Shown: positions 48,841-62,166 of the stretch, one piece after another
Layout: each line of letters starts with the position of its first letter
Position numbering within the stretch: the stretch's first letter is position 1
NCBI GenBank assembly: GCA_051942245.1
Contig: JAVECL010000020.1
Coordinates: 1 to 64,000 of the forward strand
Length of the DNA: 64,000 nt
Origin: Trypethelium eluteriae
Lineage: Eukaryota
Direction: 5' to 3'
Translations under genes and position numbers: made by a program
The notes under the pieces: generated by a model
The model's input: only the letters and a program-made list of their open reading frames with translations
Told to the model about the DNA's origin: nothing
The model's database searches: none

Positions 48841-50800
48841 ATGAGTCTGGCATTGCGAGATTTCTACGTCAATTCCTCTTCGCGTCATTACCATCCAACG
48901 AGATTAAGCCCAATAGACACGCGGTATCCGGTGAAAGCTCGACCATACATTCCCACCTTGGAGGCATCGTCTCGTTGCTCCCCCATGTCAAATTCAAGTT
49001 CTCAGCCTACTTCAGCACCATCCATGGCTGAAATAGAGGTCGCCGGTCTATCACTCCCATCTCTGACGACGTCCTCACCACATGCGCCACGGGCCACTTC
49101 TCGTACGATACTAACAATTTCACCTAGCTTTCCTGGTGGTTTCTCGCGATCTTCCGTGCAGCCATGGTATCAAGAGGCAGGATCTTCTTCCGGTCAGCTC
49201 TTGAGCAGTCCTGCAGGCAAGGTCACTGGCGGTGATATGGACGTTGTACCCGTCGAGACAAATTTACCAGCACACACAAGTGCAGAAACGTTAGCGCCTC
49301 ACAATATGCCAGCTCAAAGTTCGTTAGAAGAGGGTGGCGCTGGAAGGGGTCAGAATACTTCAAAGACTAAACCGACGCGTCGGACAAAGGCGCATGTTGC
49401 ATCAGCTTGCGTCAATTGCAAGAGAGCTCACTTGAGCTGCGACATTAAAAGGCCCTGCACTAGATGTGTTGCGACAGGAAAGCAGGTACGTCGTCTCCTA
49501 TTTCACCTTAAAGTCAGATCTGAGATTCCTCTGGATTAATCAGTAAGATCAGGACTCCTGCGTCGATGTCCAACACAAAAAGCGAGGAAGACCAAGAATT
49601 CGAGAAGAGCAGGACATTGAAGGGCCAGGACGCTTCCTAGAGCCTGCACGAGCCTTTACTAGTACTTCTGGGGCAGCAGCAGACCTCTCTTCCCTTAGCG
49701 ATCAGCGAACAAGCAATGGCCGAAATTTATACTCTCTCACAGGGGAGTTCGGCTCGGCGGTTCCTCCACCAAACCACGGACTTTCAGGAATACCATCAAC
49801 AATTCTCAATTTACCCACGACATCTTCTTCATCTACGCTTTCGCCCCCTGATAGATTTGCCTCATCTGAAGTTCCTGTCGCTTTATTAGATCTTGATCTG
49901 GTGATAATGAAGACCAACCCAAGATTTCAAGAACTCGTAGCAGGAGGGGTTGAAACTCGAGGACATTCTTTGGAGCACTTCCTAGGCCCTAGTGCTATCG
50001 AGACGACACGTCGACTTCGAGGAGAGCTACGAGGAGAGCGTAACGCGCGTGAGCCAAGTTATCTTCCTCCTATCATTACTCCCGGTGAACAAGGGGCTGT
50101 TGAGAGTATTACTGAAGATCATTTGGATGTCGCGACGTCCGACTACCTAGACCGATCAGAGAGGCTCACATTTCGCCTGTCAGGTGGACACCTTCAGAAT
50201 ATACCTGTGAGGATCAAGCTTGCCAGAACTTCGGTATTCTTCGTAGCTTTGGCGATATATGTTCCAAGTGGAAGAGTGCAGTCCCCCAATTTGCAGCAAG
50301 CCTTGGAAACACAGTCACCTACTGCTGGCGCCTCTGGTGGTCTTTACTCCATCCGACAGAATTCTCCGTTTGCATACACTACACGTGCTTCTCCCCTTCA
50401 AAGCTTTCAGTCGTTGAGCACTTCCCTTCCTCCTGTATCCGCAGCCGGGTCAAACTTTGCCGTCTCCCCTCCTCCAAGGCATGAGTATCCTCGAAGCCAC
50501 TCTTCGACTCCTTCAACAACTATACCATCTTCTGCTGGCCTATTCCCACGGCCAGAATTTGAGTATGGGATTCAATCCATGAGACAGGACATAGCGCGTC
50601 AGCCAACACCTCCCTCGACCTCACAGCGGCCACAACTACCTCCTATCACTGGCATGTTACCAAGCTCTCGGGAGGCATCTGAGCAAATGTCAACCTATCG
50701 AGAACGATCTCAGAGTTCCGGAGCACGGACCCAAGAGCGGGAAGGCTCAGATCAGGAGCCAAAACGCAGACGGCTCGATATAACCGATGTGCTCGAATAG
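48841..50800 (+). CDS. Zn(II)2Cys6 transcription factor with PAS-like middle region
   Basis: KAHVASACVNCKRAHLSCDIKRPCTRCVATGKQ|DSCVDVQHKKRGRPR; intron 49486-49552 joins in frame to the 49901-50800 ORF. Start ATG uncertain. Confidence 0.9.
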
Positions 50801-51490
50801 TGCGGATTTCGTGCAAAGGCACGAACAAGAGCAAATGGTGAAAGAACTATATGACTTGGCGGTTTGTCCAATTATAAGATTTGTGCGAGCTGGTCTCGCT
50901 ACCAACACCTGGAAAACTCACTCCGGGTTTGACGACATTTGATTTTCGTTACACAAGGTTATGGACAGAGCAGTCAGAAGATACCCTCTTGCAACGGCAG
51001 CGGATCATCGAGCCTTGCTATGAAATATTCAACAATGCTTTTCCAGTAATGATGTGGCGACGTGTCCAACGGTTGGACATATAATGCTTCGTAGGTTTGG
51101 ATAATACACTAATCATTCGGTGTTGGCGGGTATTTTGGGCTATAGCAGCAACGAATATATAATCAGTACCACTCACAGTTGGACAAAGTAACACTTGGTC
51201 TTGTTGCGAGCATTGTATGTTAGAACACACTGGCGCTCTGACGCCGTCTTCTAAGCGTGACCATACGCCCAAGCAAATGGCTTTAGACATGGGTAAATAG
51301 AGTTATTAGTCTATAGACAAGAGGTCTGCACTGTTACCGTATGTCTCTGATGTTTGTGAGATCTAAGCAATTGGCTTCCTCCGAAAGCAATGTCCCACCT
51401 TCCATGCAAGCAATGGTATAGCAAGTATCCCCCGAGCGCCAATGCACCTCCGACTTTAATACTTGCTGCTAAGCCGACGAATCAGACGTA

Positions 51491-52202
51491 TCAACCAATC
51501 GGCTTCAACTTCTTCTTCTTTTTCGCCTTCTCCGCACCAGCCCCAGCTCCCCCCGCCGTCCCGCCCTTCTGAAAATCCCGCCAACTCCCAATCCGCTGCT
51601 CGCGCGACTGCTCCCACGCCTGCTCATGATCCCGCTTCCGCTTCCGGTCCGCAATCTCCTCTTCCTCCTTCCGCTGCTGCCGCCCTTCCTCCTGCATCTG
51701 CGCCTTCATCTGCTTTCGCCGGCGCAGCTCGCCGTCGATCAGTACCTCGCGCGTCTTGTCCCGCCAGTCCTTCGCGAACGCCGGCTCCTTGAGCTCCGGA
51801 CTGTCCACCGTCCACTTGCGTTCTCGTATCAGCAGCATGCGCGCGTCTGCGATCGCTTCGTCGAGCCGCTCGCGGTGCTTTTCGTCTAGCAGCTCTGTCT
51901 GCGCTTTCTTGAGCCGGTCGAAGGCGTCTGGGGCCGACGGATTCCGCGTTTTGTCCGGGTGGATGAGCAGCGATTTCTTGCGGTACACGATTTTGATGTC
52001 GGACTCGGGCACGCCGGGTTGGATGTCGAGCACGGCGTAGGCGTCGAGTTTGAAGGCTTTGAGGATGCGGTCGATCTCGGCGTCCTGGCTGCATGTTAGT
52101 AGAAAGTAGTAGGATTGTAAATGCAGTGAGCGTGCTGACCTTGTCAAACTCCTTAGACTCCTTGTCGAGCGCTGCGAGTGCATCTACATCGTCATCCGCC
52201 AT
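51491..52202 (-). CDS. J-domain protein (Spf31/DNAJC8-like)
   Basis: DAEIDRIL..FKLDAYAVL, YRKKSLLIHPDK and WEQSREQRIGSWRDF. Intron 52085-52139. Confidence 0.92.
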
Positions 52203-52404
52203 GTTGAATGTACCCGAATTGGTCGCGAGTCAGGTACCTAGAGTAGAAGCAGCAAGTTAATGTAGTACGGCTACCAGAGAGGTATTTAGTGGGGCATTCC
52301 AGTGTCCGCGGGGGACGTCGATAACTCAAGCCCTGACTAAGCGATCAATTTTCGCGCCCTCGAAAACGTGATTCTCCAAAGCTTTTGATACTCAGCAAAA
52401 CGCG

Positions 52405-54879
52405 ATGTCGCGTGCTTTGAATGGACGCTCAAAGATTGCTCGGCTTAAGAAACAGAAATCTCTCCGAACTAAACATACTGCTGAGGAGAATGTCCATCGG
52501 TTGGAAGAGGCGGTAACAGCATTGGTATAATCTCCAGCAATAAAAACTATCAATCTCCACTCTAAAAGCGCAGTCTAGGACACGAAGACTGCCGAGCTGA
52601 AGCTCTTCAAGGATCTTCCTCTATCAGAGCCAACTAGATTCGGCCTCAAAGCAGGTCATTTCAGTACTCTTACTGATATTCAAGCGAAGGCAATACCGCT
52701 CGGTCTTAAAGGATCCGATATTCTGGGTGCTGCAAAAACAGGTAGCGGCAAGACCTTGGCATTCCTGGTTCCTGTACTTGAGAACCTATACCGTTCACAA
52801 TGCATAGGCGCCGATGCTGGCCTTGGGGCCATGATCATTTCTCCCACAAGAGAACTTGCAATCCAGATATTTGATGTCCTCTTCAAGATCGGTAGAAAAG
52901 GCCATATGTTTGCCGCAGGGCTTATCATTGGTGGCAAAAGTGTGCAAGAAGAGCAACAGGCTTTAGCTCGGATGAACATAGTCGTATGCACTCCTGGCCG
53001 GATCTTGCAGCATTTGTCTCAGACAGCTTCATTCAGCATCGATGCTCTGCAGATGTTAGTCCTCGATGAAGCAGATCGAATCATGGATATGGGATTCCAG
53101 CGGGATGTAGACGCCATAATCGAATATTTACCCAAGAGTCGACAGACGCTGCTTTTCAGTGCGACTCAGACAAAGAAAGTTTCAGATCTGGCCCGTCTTA
53201 GTCTAAAAGATCCCGAGTATGTGTCTGTCCATGAGACAGCAACAAGTGCTACTCCAAGCACTCTGCAACAAAATTATATCGTTACTCCGCTATCGGAAAA
53301 GCTGAACACGCTCTGGAGTTTCCTGTGTAGTAGCAAAAAATCCAAAATTCTCGTCTTCTTGTCCTCCGGTAAGCAGGTCCGCTTTGTCTACGAATGCTTT
53401 CGAAGGATGCAGCCAGGAATTCCACTCCTCCATCTACACGGCCGTCAGAAGCAGACTGCACGCCTTGATATCACGACCCGATTTTCACAGGCTCAGTATT
53501 GCTGTCTCTTCGCGACAGACGTCGTTGCTCGCGGATTGGATTTTCCTGCCGTAGACTGGGTAATACAAGCAGACTGTCCTGAGGATGCGGATACTTACAT
53601 TCACCGCGTTGGAAGAACGGCACGCTTTGAAAGAGACGGAAAGGCAGTACTGTTCTTAGAGCCATCAGAAGAGGAAGGGATGCTAGAGCGGCTGGAACAT
53701 AAGAAAATTCCAATCGAGCGCATCAACGTCCGCGCGAAAAAACAGCAGGACATCAAAAATCAGCTACAAAACATGGCTTTCAAGGATCCTCAACTCAAAT
53801 ACCTAGGACAAAAAGCTTTCATCAGTTACGTTAAGAGCATCTATCTACAAAAGGATAAAGAAGTCTTCCACATGGACGACTTACCTTTGGAGGATTTTGC
53901 TGAGAGTCTTGGTCTGCCAGGGGCGCCACGCATTCGATTTGGAAAAGGCGACAACGCCAAGGAACTCAAGAATGCGCCAAGAACTGCAGTCTTGTCTTCC
54001 GACGAGGAAGGCGAGAGACCCAATGACGAAGATGATAACTATAACGAAAGGAAAGGCTCTCAAAGAAACAACCAGACTGTTCGCACAAAGTACGACCGTA
54101 TGTTTGAACGTCAAAACCAGGACGTGCTTGCACCTCACTATGCACGTGTTCTGGAGGACACCAACGGGGAAGACCGGACCAGGAAGGATGAAGGAAACAT
54201 TGGAGAAGATGATGATCTTTTTTCTGTCAAACGAATAATCCCTGCTGAAGGGACCGTTCCTGGGGATTCTGATAAAGATGGCCAAGGCCCAAAAAAAGTC
54301 ATGATCCCAGGCATGAAAGAGCCCCTGGTATTAGATTCGAAACGACGAGAAAAGTTACTCAGATCAAAGAAAAAACTCAGCAAATTGAAAGAGAAGGGGA
54401 CCAAGCTAGTCTTCGACGACAATGGCAAAGCACGTCCAGTCTACGAGCTCGAAGATGAGACGAAATTTGCGGCTAAAGGATTGCCTGAGGAGCAGAGAAA
54501 ATTGTTCTTGGACGAAGAGAAGAAGCGAATTGAATTGGCTGATCTCGACGACAAAGCTGCTGCAAAGGAGAAGCGGAGAGTCAAGAAGGAAAAGAAGAGA
54601 GCTCGAGAGCAAGCTGACATGGACGACGGAGATGGCGCTGACGGCGTGGAGTTGCTCAATCCAGATGAGAATGCCTTTGCCAATTTCTTAGCTGATGCCG
54701 AGGCTATGGACGAACCTGATGAACGTGAACAGTCGGCGGAGCCACCCCCAAAGCGACGGAAATGGTTTGAAGATGAGCCTGGTGAAAGCGGCAAAGCAAG
54801 TCAGAAACGGGCTCCGGACTATGTACAGCCTGAGACTCTAGAGGATCTTGAGGCTCTGGCTGCCGGTGTCCTGGAATAA
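52405..54879 (+). CDS. DBP4: DEAD-box RNA helicase Dbp4 (40S biogenesis)
   Basis: [43 protein letters not shown] and [16 protein letters not shown]. Intron 52525-52578. Confidence 0.95.
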
Positions 54880-55640
54880 AGAACTGCATTCGTATCCCTA
54901 TTTGCTACGTCTACCACTACTTCTTGTGATACCCTGTCCTTATTTAACGCGTCAAATCTTTGCTTCGATGGTCGCTAGGTACTGAATTAATTGACGGTAG
55001 CACCTGAATAGCTACTTATATATCAATTGCGCAATACATGTCATGTGCGCGTGCCTGCTCGCGCCTCCCTTTGATCTCAAAGGGGAGTTGCTGTTCCACT
55101 TGTCAATGCAACCCCTTCGGACCGGAACGCGCAAGGAGCTTTGTGTATGACGGCTAATCGCAATGCATAGGACTTCCCGGGTCATCCGCTCTGTAATTTC
55201 ACTCATCACATACGTGATGTTCAACGAGAGCGCAGATGAAGTTTTGCTGCACCGCTTTTTATATTTGAGAGTCTAATGCACCTCAGGCATACACGTCCTA
55301 CCCTTTTGCGCTCATTCTTAACCAATGCATTCGGCGCTCGTTATCCGAAAGCCACATGTGTGATATGATTCGCAGGGTACCAGTGTACGATATGTCCCTC
55401 TCATCTGAATGTGAAATTGCGTCGGCACGCCGACCAATAGCAAAGATCGTAAGGCTCCGCATGTGCCATCACAAATAGATATTAGTGTCCTTCAGATTGA
55501 TGTTAAATTGTATGTGGATAATCCTCCTAAGCACAACGATACTGCTTGAGGTACCCTAGACATCAATTAACTGCGATGGATGTCCTCAGCGCATAAAGCC
55601 CGGTCAGCCACGAGGATTGCTCTCTTGATAATCCAGTGGG

Positions 55641-56795
55641 TCAGAAGTTCTTCCCTCTTCTTTCCCGCTCGATTCTGGCATCAAATTCCTTTTGTGCCTC
55701 GGACTTTGCCAGCGCCCGATCTTCCTCGGCATTTGAGAAGGAGAAGCTATCGCTAGAGTCTGACGTTGTTCTATTATCTCTGGTAGCTTTATTTCCATTC
55801 CCTCGTACTTTTGACCACGTAGCCTCACGCTGGCTACCGGATGGAGGGTTGTTGCTTGCTGCCTGCGCTCTTATACGATCCCAAGCAGACCCGCCAGCTG
55901 TACTGTTGTTTGAAGTCGAGGAGTCGGAAGATGGAGAATCAAACGACTGCGATTGATATGAACGTTGTTCTTCGTTGGCGCGGGATTGTGAGTCGCTCAT
56001 AGTTCCTGTATCGGTAGCAGAGTAGCCATCTCCTGAGAAAGAGTAGTCGCTTGCAGTAGGGGACATATCATCGTCCTGATCACGCCTCGTTCCACCACCT
56101 CCCATCGACGGATACTGAGCCTGATCTTGCTGTGGTGCTGCCGTCTTCTGCGCCCCTGTCATCCGTATTATCTCATCTCTCTTGTCTTTCCTGGCCTGAA
56201 GTATATCTTTGTTGAACTGCCGGAGCCTGGGATCTACAATGAACGTGGCCGAAGCTACCGAGGCGGCATAGGGAGCGACGATGAAGAAGGTGCCTGCGAG
56301 TCCGCCAACGCTGCAGTAGAATCCAGCACGCAGGGCGTGCCAGCATATTCTAGCAGCGGAACCCCGGACGATGCCGAAGAATGACTCTGGCTGAAATGCT
56401 GCCGGATTTGGCTGATAGAGCGGAAATCGAAAGGTGGCGGCGGTTTGATAACATCTAGCAGCGCCGAGGGCGGTGAAGATGGGCATGCCATAGCTGGTTG
56501 TGCGAAGGCTTTTACACTCGAGTTCGCAAATTGCCGCCGCTTCGTCTCGAGAAAGAGGTCGTCTGATCTCTTTGGAAAACCTTACGAGCGATTTCTCCAA
56601 CGACGATCCTATAGCCCGCTGCTGAGATGCAGCGCTTGTAAAACGGAAGGGCTGCGGTAGCTTGTCCAGGTCGATGCGGTAGGTGCTCAGCAAAGGATTA
56701 CTTGGACTCGAGGAGTAGGAATCGGAATCGGCTGAGGGGGAAGAGTCATCTACCCAATTGTCCCGAGCATTGTTCGTGGCATCGTCTAGAACCAT
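55641..56795 (-). CDS. Conserved fungal hypothetical protein with two hydrophobic segments
   Basis: Long ORF, likely start ATG 56795. Motifs RPLSRDEA, FRFPLY, SAWDRIR and AQKEFDARIERER. Confidence 0.8.
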   Translation of the reverse strand: MVLDDATNNARDNWVDDSSPSADSDSYSSSPSNPLLSTYRIDLDKLPQPFRFTSAASQQRAIGSSLEKSLVRFSKEIRRPLSRDEAAAICELECKSLRTTSYGMPIFTALGAARCYQTAATFRFPLYQPNPAAFQPESFFGIVRGSAARICWHALRAGFYCSVGGLAGTFFIVAPYAASVASATFIVDPRLRQFNKDILQARKDKRDEIIRMTGAQKTAAPQQDQAQYPSMGGGGTRRDQDDDMSPTASDYSFSGDGYSATDTGTMSDSQSRANEEQRSYQSQSFDSPSSDSSTSNNSTAGGSAWDRIRAQAASNNPPSGSQREATWSKVRGNGNKATRDNRTTSDSSDSFSFSNAEEDRALAKSEAQKEFDARIERERRGKNF

Positions 56796-57222
56796 GTTGA
56801 GCAGACGCAGGAGCTGAGATATGAGGTGGAAGAGGACAAAAAGTGGGGAGTAATTGAACAAGAGACTGGACCATTGAGGAATGTCGGCGGCAGTGATCTC
56901 ATCTGCAAAATTGTGCAGATGCATCCGCTTTTGTGCATAGGCCGGCAGCATTACACGCTTACACACCCAACACCCCACCCTTGCGCGCCCGCAAGCACCC
57001 AGAGGAGTTTGAAACCAAACAGGCATGAAGGGGTATGATCATTGCACGGCAGGACGTTGTTACAGACTTTTTTTTTTTTTTTTTTGAGTGAATTGATTCT
57101 TGATTCGAAATCTTATAATGTCACTCCACTCGATAATATTCGGATGATTATCCAAGAAAGGGGTATATCCTGCAACGCAATACCATAATCCACAAGCCTT
57201 CAACTTCAGGGTGCGGCACCGA

Positions 57223-58030
57223 TCAGTAGCCTAATGCCCTGTAATGCTGCTTTTTCTCTGCTAATTTTCGTCTCCTTTCCTCTCGGACTCTCATGTGTGC
57301 GTCAAAGTCACCGTGGACCCGCCGTGCCAATTCAGCAACATCTGATCGGAAGAAAAGACGAGTCAAGACCCCTTGGCAGTCGTAGGCGGCACAGCGGATG
57401 TTTGGACTGCCATACTCCCAGTATCCACCTCGGTAGACAGCATGTTTGAAGAGATGGTGACGCTTAAGATCAAACTGATTCATGGCTGCTGTCATGGTCT
57501 GTCTGCATTTAGCAACCATGTCAGGTAGACACAGTGACCTGGATTCAACTCACGATTTTTTCCGGGAAGCGTTTTCTATCACAGCTTTGACAGCAGCGTA
57601 ATTGATTATTGAATACGGCTCGTCGAACGCTCTTCTTCCCGCAAAAGACGCAGTGCTGACGACTCCATTTCACCCAAACACAACGATGAGCCTCTTTTCG
57701 TTTGCTTACTATTTGCACAACAGGACGCGAGCCCTTCGTGGCGTGAATTACCCCGTCTTTGGACGATTTCAACAGCCCGATACTCTGGTACTGGAAAAGT
57801 AAACGTCTGCAAAAATCTTCGACAAGCGTGTTGAGATGACGGGATACCATGGCAAGCTGAAATAGAGGTTGTACGTTTACCGCAGATTCATATTTGTTAC
57901 TGCTTGGAACTGGGTCTGGCCAATCCAGGCCAGTGGCACCCGGTCTGCCGCAAAAGGGACCGATGAGGTACCCCAAAATGTGGTCAAGTATCTCGTTAGG
58001 CAACCCTTCAAGGGACAACATAGAGATCAT
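57223..58030 (-). CDS. F-box protein with Cys-rich (CxxC...CCxxC) C-terminal region
   Basis: LEGLPNEILDHILGYL...LAMVSRHL F-box, CVFCGK and CCQSC. Intron 57499-57553 joins the two ORFs. Confidence 0.8.
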
Positions 58031-58587
58031 TTAAGCAAGAGAAAGGTAGTTCGAGCCGTCAGAGCGAAAGTATCATAGACTGTAAGCAAGTGTGTTCTGT
58101 CGTCTGTCATCTGCAAGGAAGCCGTATTACTACAGCGTCGTGTTCCGCAGAGCTCTAGGTGGGGCAGAGCCGAGATTCTTCCGACATCTACGATACGCGA
58201 TTGGTGATCTTCCACTCAACTTCTGTGGGCACAGACTACAACCACTCAGACCTCAAGCTCTTCGGGACTGGCATATTGTCTACGACTAGAAGCTCTAATA
58301 TAATAGCCTCCGCATGGATCATCTTTGATTTGTTTTGGAGTATTCCACCTTTAGCGCTTATGGAAGAATAAGATATTTTCAATGTATCAATGAATAGAAT
58401 TGGTTCAAAACTTCTCATGATGCATGACGCGTTTCATTTTTGCGCTCACTTGGTGTACTATAATACAAAGATATTACTTCTGACCTTGGAATCGCGTGAA
58501 GTCATGCTGATTATCATTTGCGAACATGAAAGACAAATGAAAGAGTCAGTCTTACCGGGACAGACTTCATGACTGATGCGGGATAGA

Positions 58588-59285
58588 TCAAGCAACGTTG
58601 GAATTCTGATTGAGTGTATTCCCAACAGACCGCGGCTCGCCCTCAAATCCGTCGTAACGCTCCTTGCGACCTGTGAGAACACCGCCCTGCTTCTTGAAGT
58701 CTTCCATAGAAACGGCAGGAAGTGCAGAAGTCTGGTGGTGGTTGGCGGCGTTGTGGTGTACCTCATGAATGGGCTGGACCGTGTGAACGACATGAGGCTC
58801 AACAGTCTCTGTAGAGAGCTGTTAGAAGTTTAACAATGGATTGGTAGATAGTACTCACCCTTTTGAACGACAGGTTGAATGTTTTCATGAACGTGATGAT
58901 GGATATGCTCTCCAGCAACGACGGGTGCGACAGATTGTGTCTCACGCGTCTTGCCTTCCGTAGTCTTGTCGGCAAACCTGGCAGCCTCTTTCTCAAGACG
59001 AGCCTTTACGTCGTTCTCGTTTCCATGTTCGAAGCTGCGTTGTTCGACGGTACCCAAGTTGTGGTGATGCTGCTCAGGCAAGACTTCCTGGTGTGCGATC
59101 GGCTGGACTGATGTGTGGTAGTGATCTTGGTGGATCTCCTTGTCGACCGCAGTCTGTACGTTCTCATGTTGCTGCTTGTTGACAGTTTCGTGGGTGACTG
59201 CAGGGGCAACTTTCTCGTGCACAGTGGTATCGTGGTGGCCACCCTTCGACAAGAATTCACTCACAGCATTCTTTGCTTTTTCCAT
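58588..59285 (-). CDS. His/Val/Glu-rich hydrophilic protein (fungal 'allergen'-like family)
   Basis: MEKAKNAVSEFL..GHHDTTVHEKVAPAVTHETV, HHHVHENIQPVVQK|ETVEPHVVHT. Intron 58809-58858; stop at 58588. Confidence 0.88.
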
Positions 59286-60484
59286 TGCTGTTTGTGTGAT
59301 ATTGGTGTTGTAACTTGGAAGAAGTTCGAGCTGATTAGGAATGGAGGATGAAGTAACTTCAATGTGGAAAATTACAAGCCTCGACGTGGAGACACTGGGT
59401 GCTTTAATACCTGAATGCTAGCAGATACGTAATGATGCCACTGTGGGTGTGATCGTACTAGCCAAGATATCAACGCCCAAGACCATAATGGGGGCAGACA
59501 TGACGCACAAAGCACCATCCCAATCATGCGTAATGATAAAGCCACATCGAGAGGCTATGGCTGAGCCAAACATGCTACATGACGGTGCCGCGTTCCGCCA
59601 GCCTCGATACGATCCTCTCCAGGAGTACTGTGAAGCCTCTGACTGGCCAAGTTGTGAGACGCCATTGGTTGGACTGGGTGAAATATCGGGAAGGACGAGT
59701 GGCTGAGGACGCGGTACAAACACAGACCGCGGCTGGAACGACGGGACGGCTTCCCAAGCGTGTTTGATCTCAGATCGTCCTCTTCCGCTCGAGAGGTCGA
59801 GCCTCACTGCAATGAAATTCACCTAACTCATCTGAGCCGTATTACGATTCTCCGAATGATTCCATGGACACAGAGGGCGCCAAGATGCAAGAGTCTATCA
59901 TTCGGACCTTCTCAGCCAGCCGGACGTTGTGGTAGCACCTTGGCGCCACAGTACGGTAAGATGCATTAAGTACCTACCTATGATGGGTAGGTAGTGGTGT
60001 AGTCGTGACAGGAGAGAAAAGAAAAATGGGGAAGGGGGTTGTGATAGGATTGCGCAGTAGCCCGATGTTTTAGCGTGCCTTAATCGCTTCCGTCGCCTCG
60101 GTGCGTCATCGCCGGAAACGAGAGGGGATGAGATCAGACCTCATTGATTTGGATTTCGGCGCAACATGTCCAATCACGATTGTGAGCACCTAAGACCGGG
60201 CCGGTCCAGTATCATGGTTCGCACACGTAGTAAGCTTTTTCAGGTGCCACCGTACAGTAATGCAGTGATACAGTGTCTTGGTGATCTTCCTCGCCTACCT
60301 TCCCGTGCAGATCCTTCTCCATGATCGACCGCGATCTTTCATGTGCATCAGTGGCTGAACAAGCCACTGCTCGCACCTATGACATGGGCAGTCTAGACTG
60401 TCTCTTTGGCTGAGCTCTTCATGTACCTTAAGGTCATAAGGTAGGTCCAATGATTATCGGTTGTTCCATATCTCATTTTTTGCA

Positions 60485-62021
60485 ATGGAACGTCGTCTAA
60501 AGAAGATATTTCATCGACCAAAACACGATCAGGAGAATACTCCCATGCCCTCACGTCTCTCAGGCTCGTCTGATTCTGGTGCAAGGCTGACGAACCATGA
60601 CACTCCAGTCTCTACTCTACCTCCACCACCTGACGCAAACCATGACCGTGGAAATGGTCAGCAGCTTTAAACTGGAAGCCCTCAACAACTACTCACATTG
60701 GCAGGTTTGCATTCGCGAGTCGACAGTGGAATCCATTCACCCCAGAAACAATCCATAGAAAATCCTCAAGCACCAGTGTACCAAGATGTCAACCTATCAC
60801 AAGACTTCCAGCGACTAGATCTTGGAGGTCAGCGTCAACAGCGTTAGTATAGCACTCCTAGTTATCCAAGACGGCTGCGCTATTTTTATTGGATATCGAT
60901 TAGAGGTGAACTGACGTGACATGTGTCTCTGTTTAGCTGAGCGGAGACCGCTAGATGGAATCGCAAACCGATATGCCGAATACATTAGATACGAAAATGA
61001 CAAAAATTCGGATCAAAATCCAGTAGAACACCGAGGCAGGAAGCGTATGGTTGCTCGCAAACCTCTCAACGGCTTCCAGCACAGCGCACATGATACGTGT
61101 CCGTCATGATTTCTACCAATTCGTCGCTGGCCGTTCACTGAATTTTCTATAGCTATACTCAACGTCCAGAGCCAGGATGCTTCTCTAGCTTCTGAAGGTT
61201 ATTTGAAGGACCTGCGTGACCCAGCATCCTTCAGGAAGGACCATTCCCAAAGGCTCGAAGGAGACCACTCTAAAGAGTCACGTAAGACCGTATCCAGACC
61301 AACATCCTGCGACGAGACAGCTAGAGATGAGCACAAAGCAGCGCACAGTCGTTCGCAACCAGCTCAAAAAATAGGCATGCAAGACCAGTCAAGGCATCCT
61401 CTAGATAAGTCTAAGAAGCGCTCGCTTCACGTAGAAAATACGAAAAGCCCCCCATCATTAGAAGGGGTTGTCGATCTTACTGACAGTGAGGATACGACCC
61501 TGGCTACTCGTTGGGCCCCTGCTGTTACCCATGAGACCATCCACAAAGATGTCCACCACATCCGTAAAGAACACATCACGCGCGAAGTCCATACTCATGA
61601 TTATTACCACCGAATTCTGCCTGTCATCGACGTCCAGGTCCTACCACCCAGGCACTTCGTCCCTTCTACAACTAATCCAGGCCAGCTAGTCGAAGTACCG
61701 GGAAGCGCCATACCAGGACGTAGAGATGACGAGGACCAGAAAATGCGTAACTGGTTCGTTGCCAGGGGAGTGGAAAAGGTCGACGAGGCAGCAACCGGAC
61801 CGCGGAGATTCACGGCACGCGACTTCCAAGACGACGAAGGAGATCATCATGACTGGATAGGGGAGGATGGGGTCAAGAGGTCAACAACGACATGGGTCCA
61901 CGCACCAACGGCTGAGACTGGCGGCCAGAGAACGAGACAGACCATGCCGTTTCATTTCGGAAGTACTGACCCCGACCAAGACGGATTCAGAGCAGAAGAT
62001 TTCTCTGCAGGTTGCAATTGA
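60485..62021 (+). CDS. Hypothetical protein with C-terminal His-rich 'APAVTHET' domain
   Basis: Exons joined through introns 60657-60704, 60843-60936 and 61099-61152 (alternative donor 61045). C-terminal DTT...APAVTHETIHKDVHHIRKEHITREVHTHDYYHRILPVIDVQVLPPRHF. Confidence 0.8.
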
Positions 62022-62166
62022 GTCGTGAATTAGGCCACGATGGTGAAAAGACTGGCTTCTTGAAGGATGTTGTGGAGTGGTGTTGATATGAAAGTGCGCT
62101 ATAATATATACAAAACACATCGTTTGATACATATCTGGGTGACTGGCTCATTCATGCCACATGCCA

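Noticed and set aside
57068..57085. Poly-T run of 18 nt
   Set aside because: Ordinary poly(dA:dT) tract between genes; no retroelement hallmarks.
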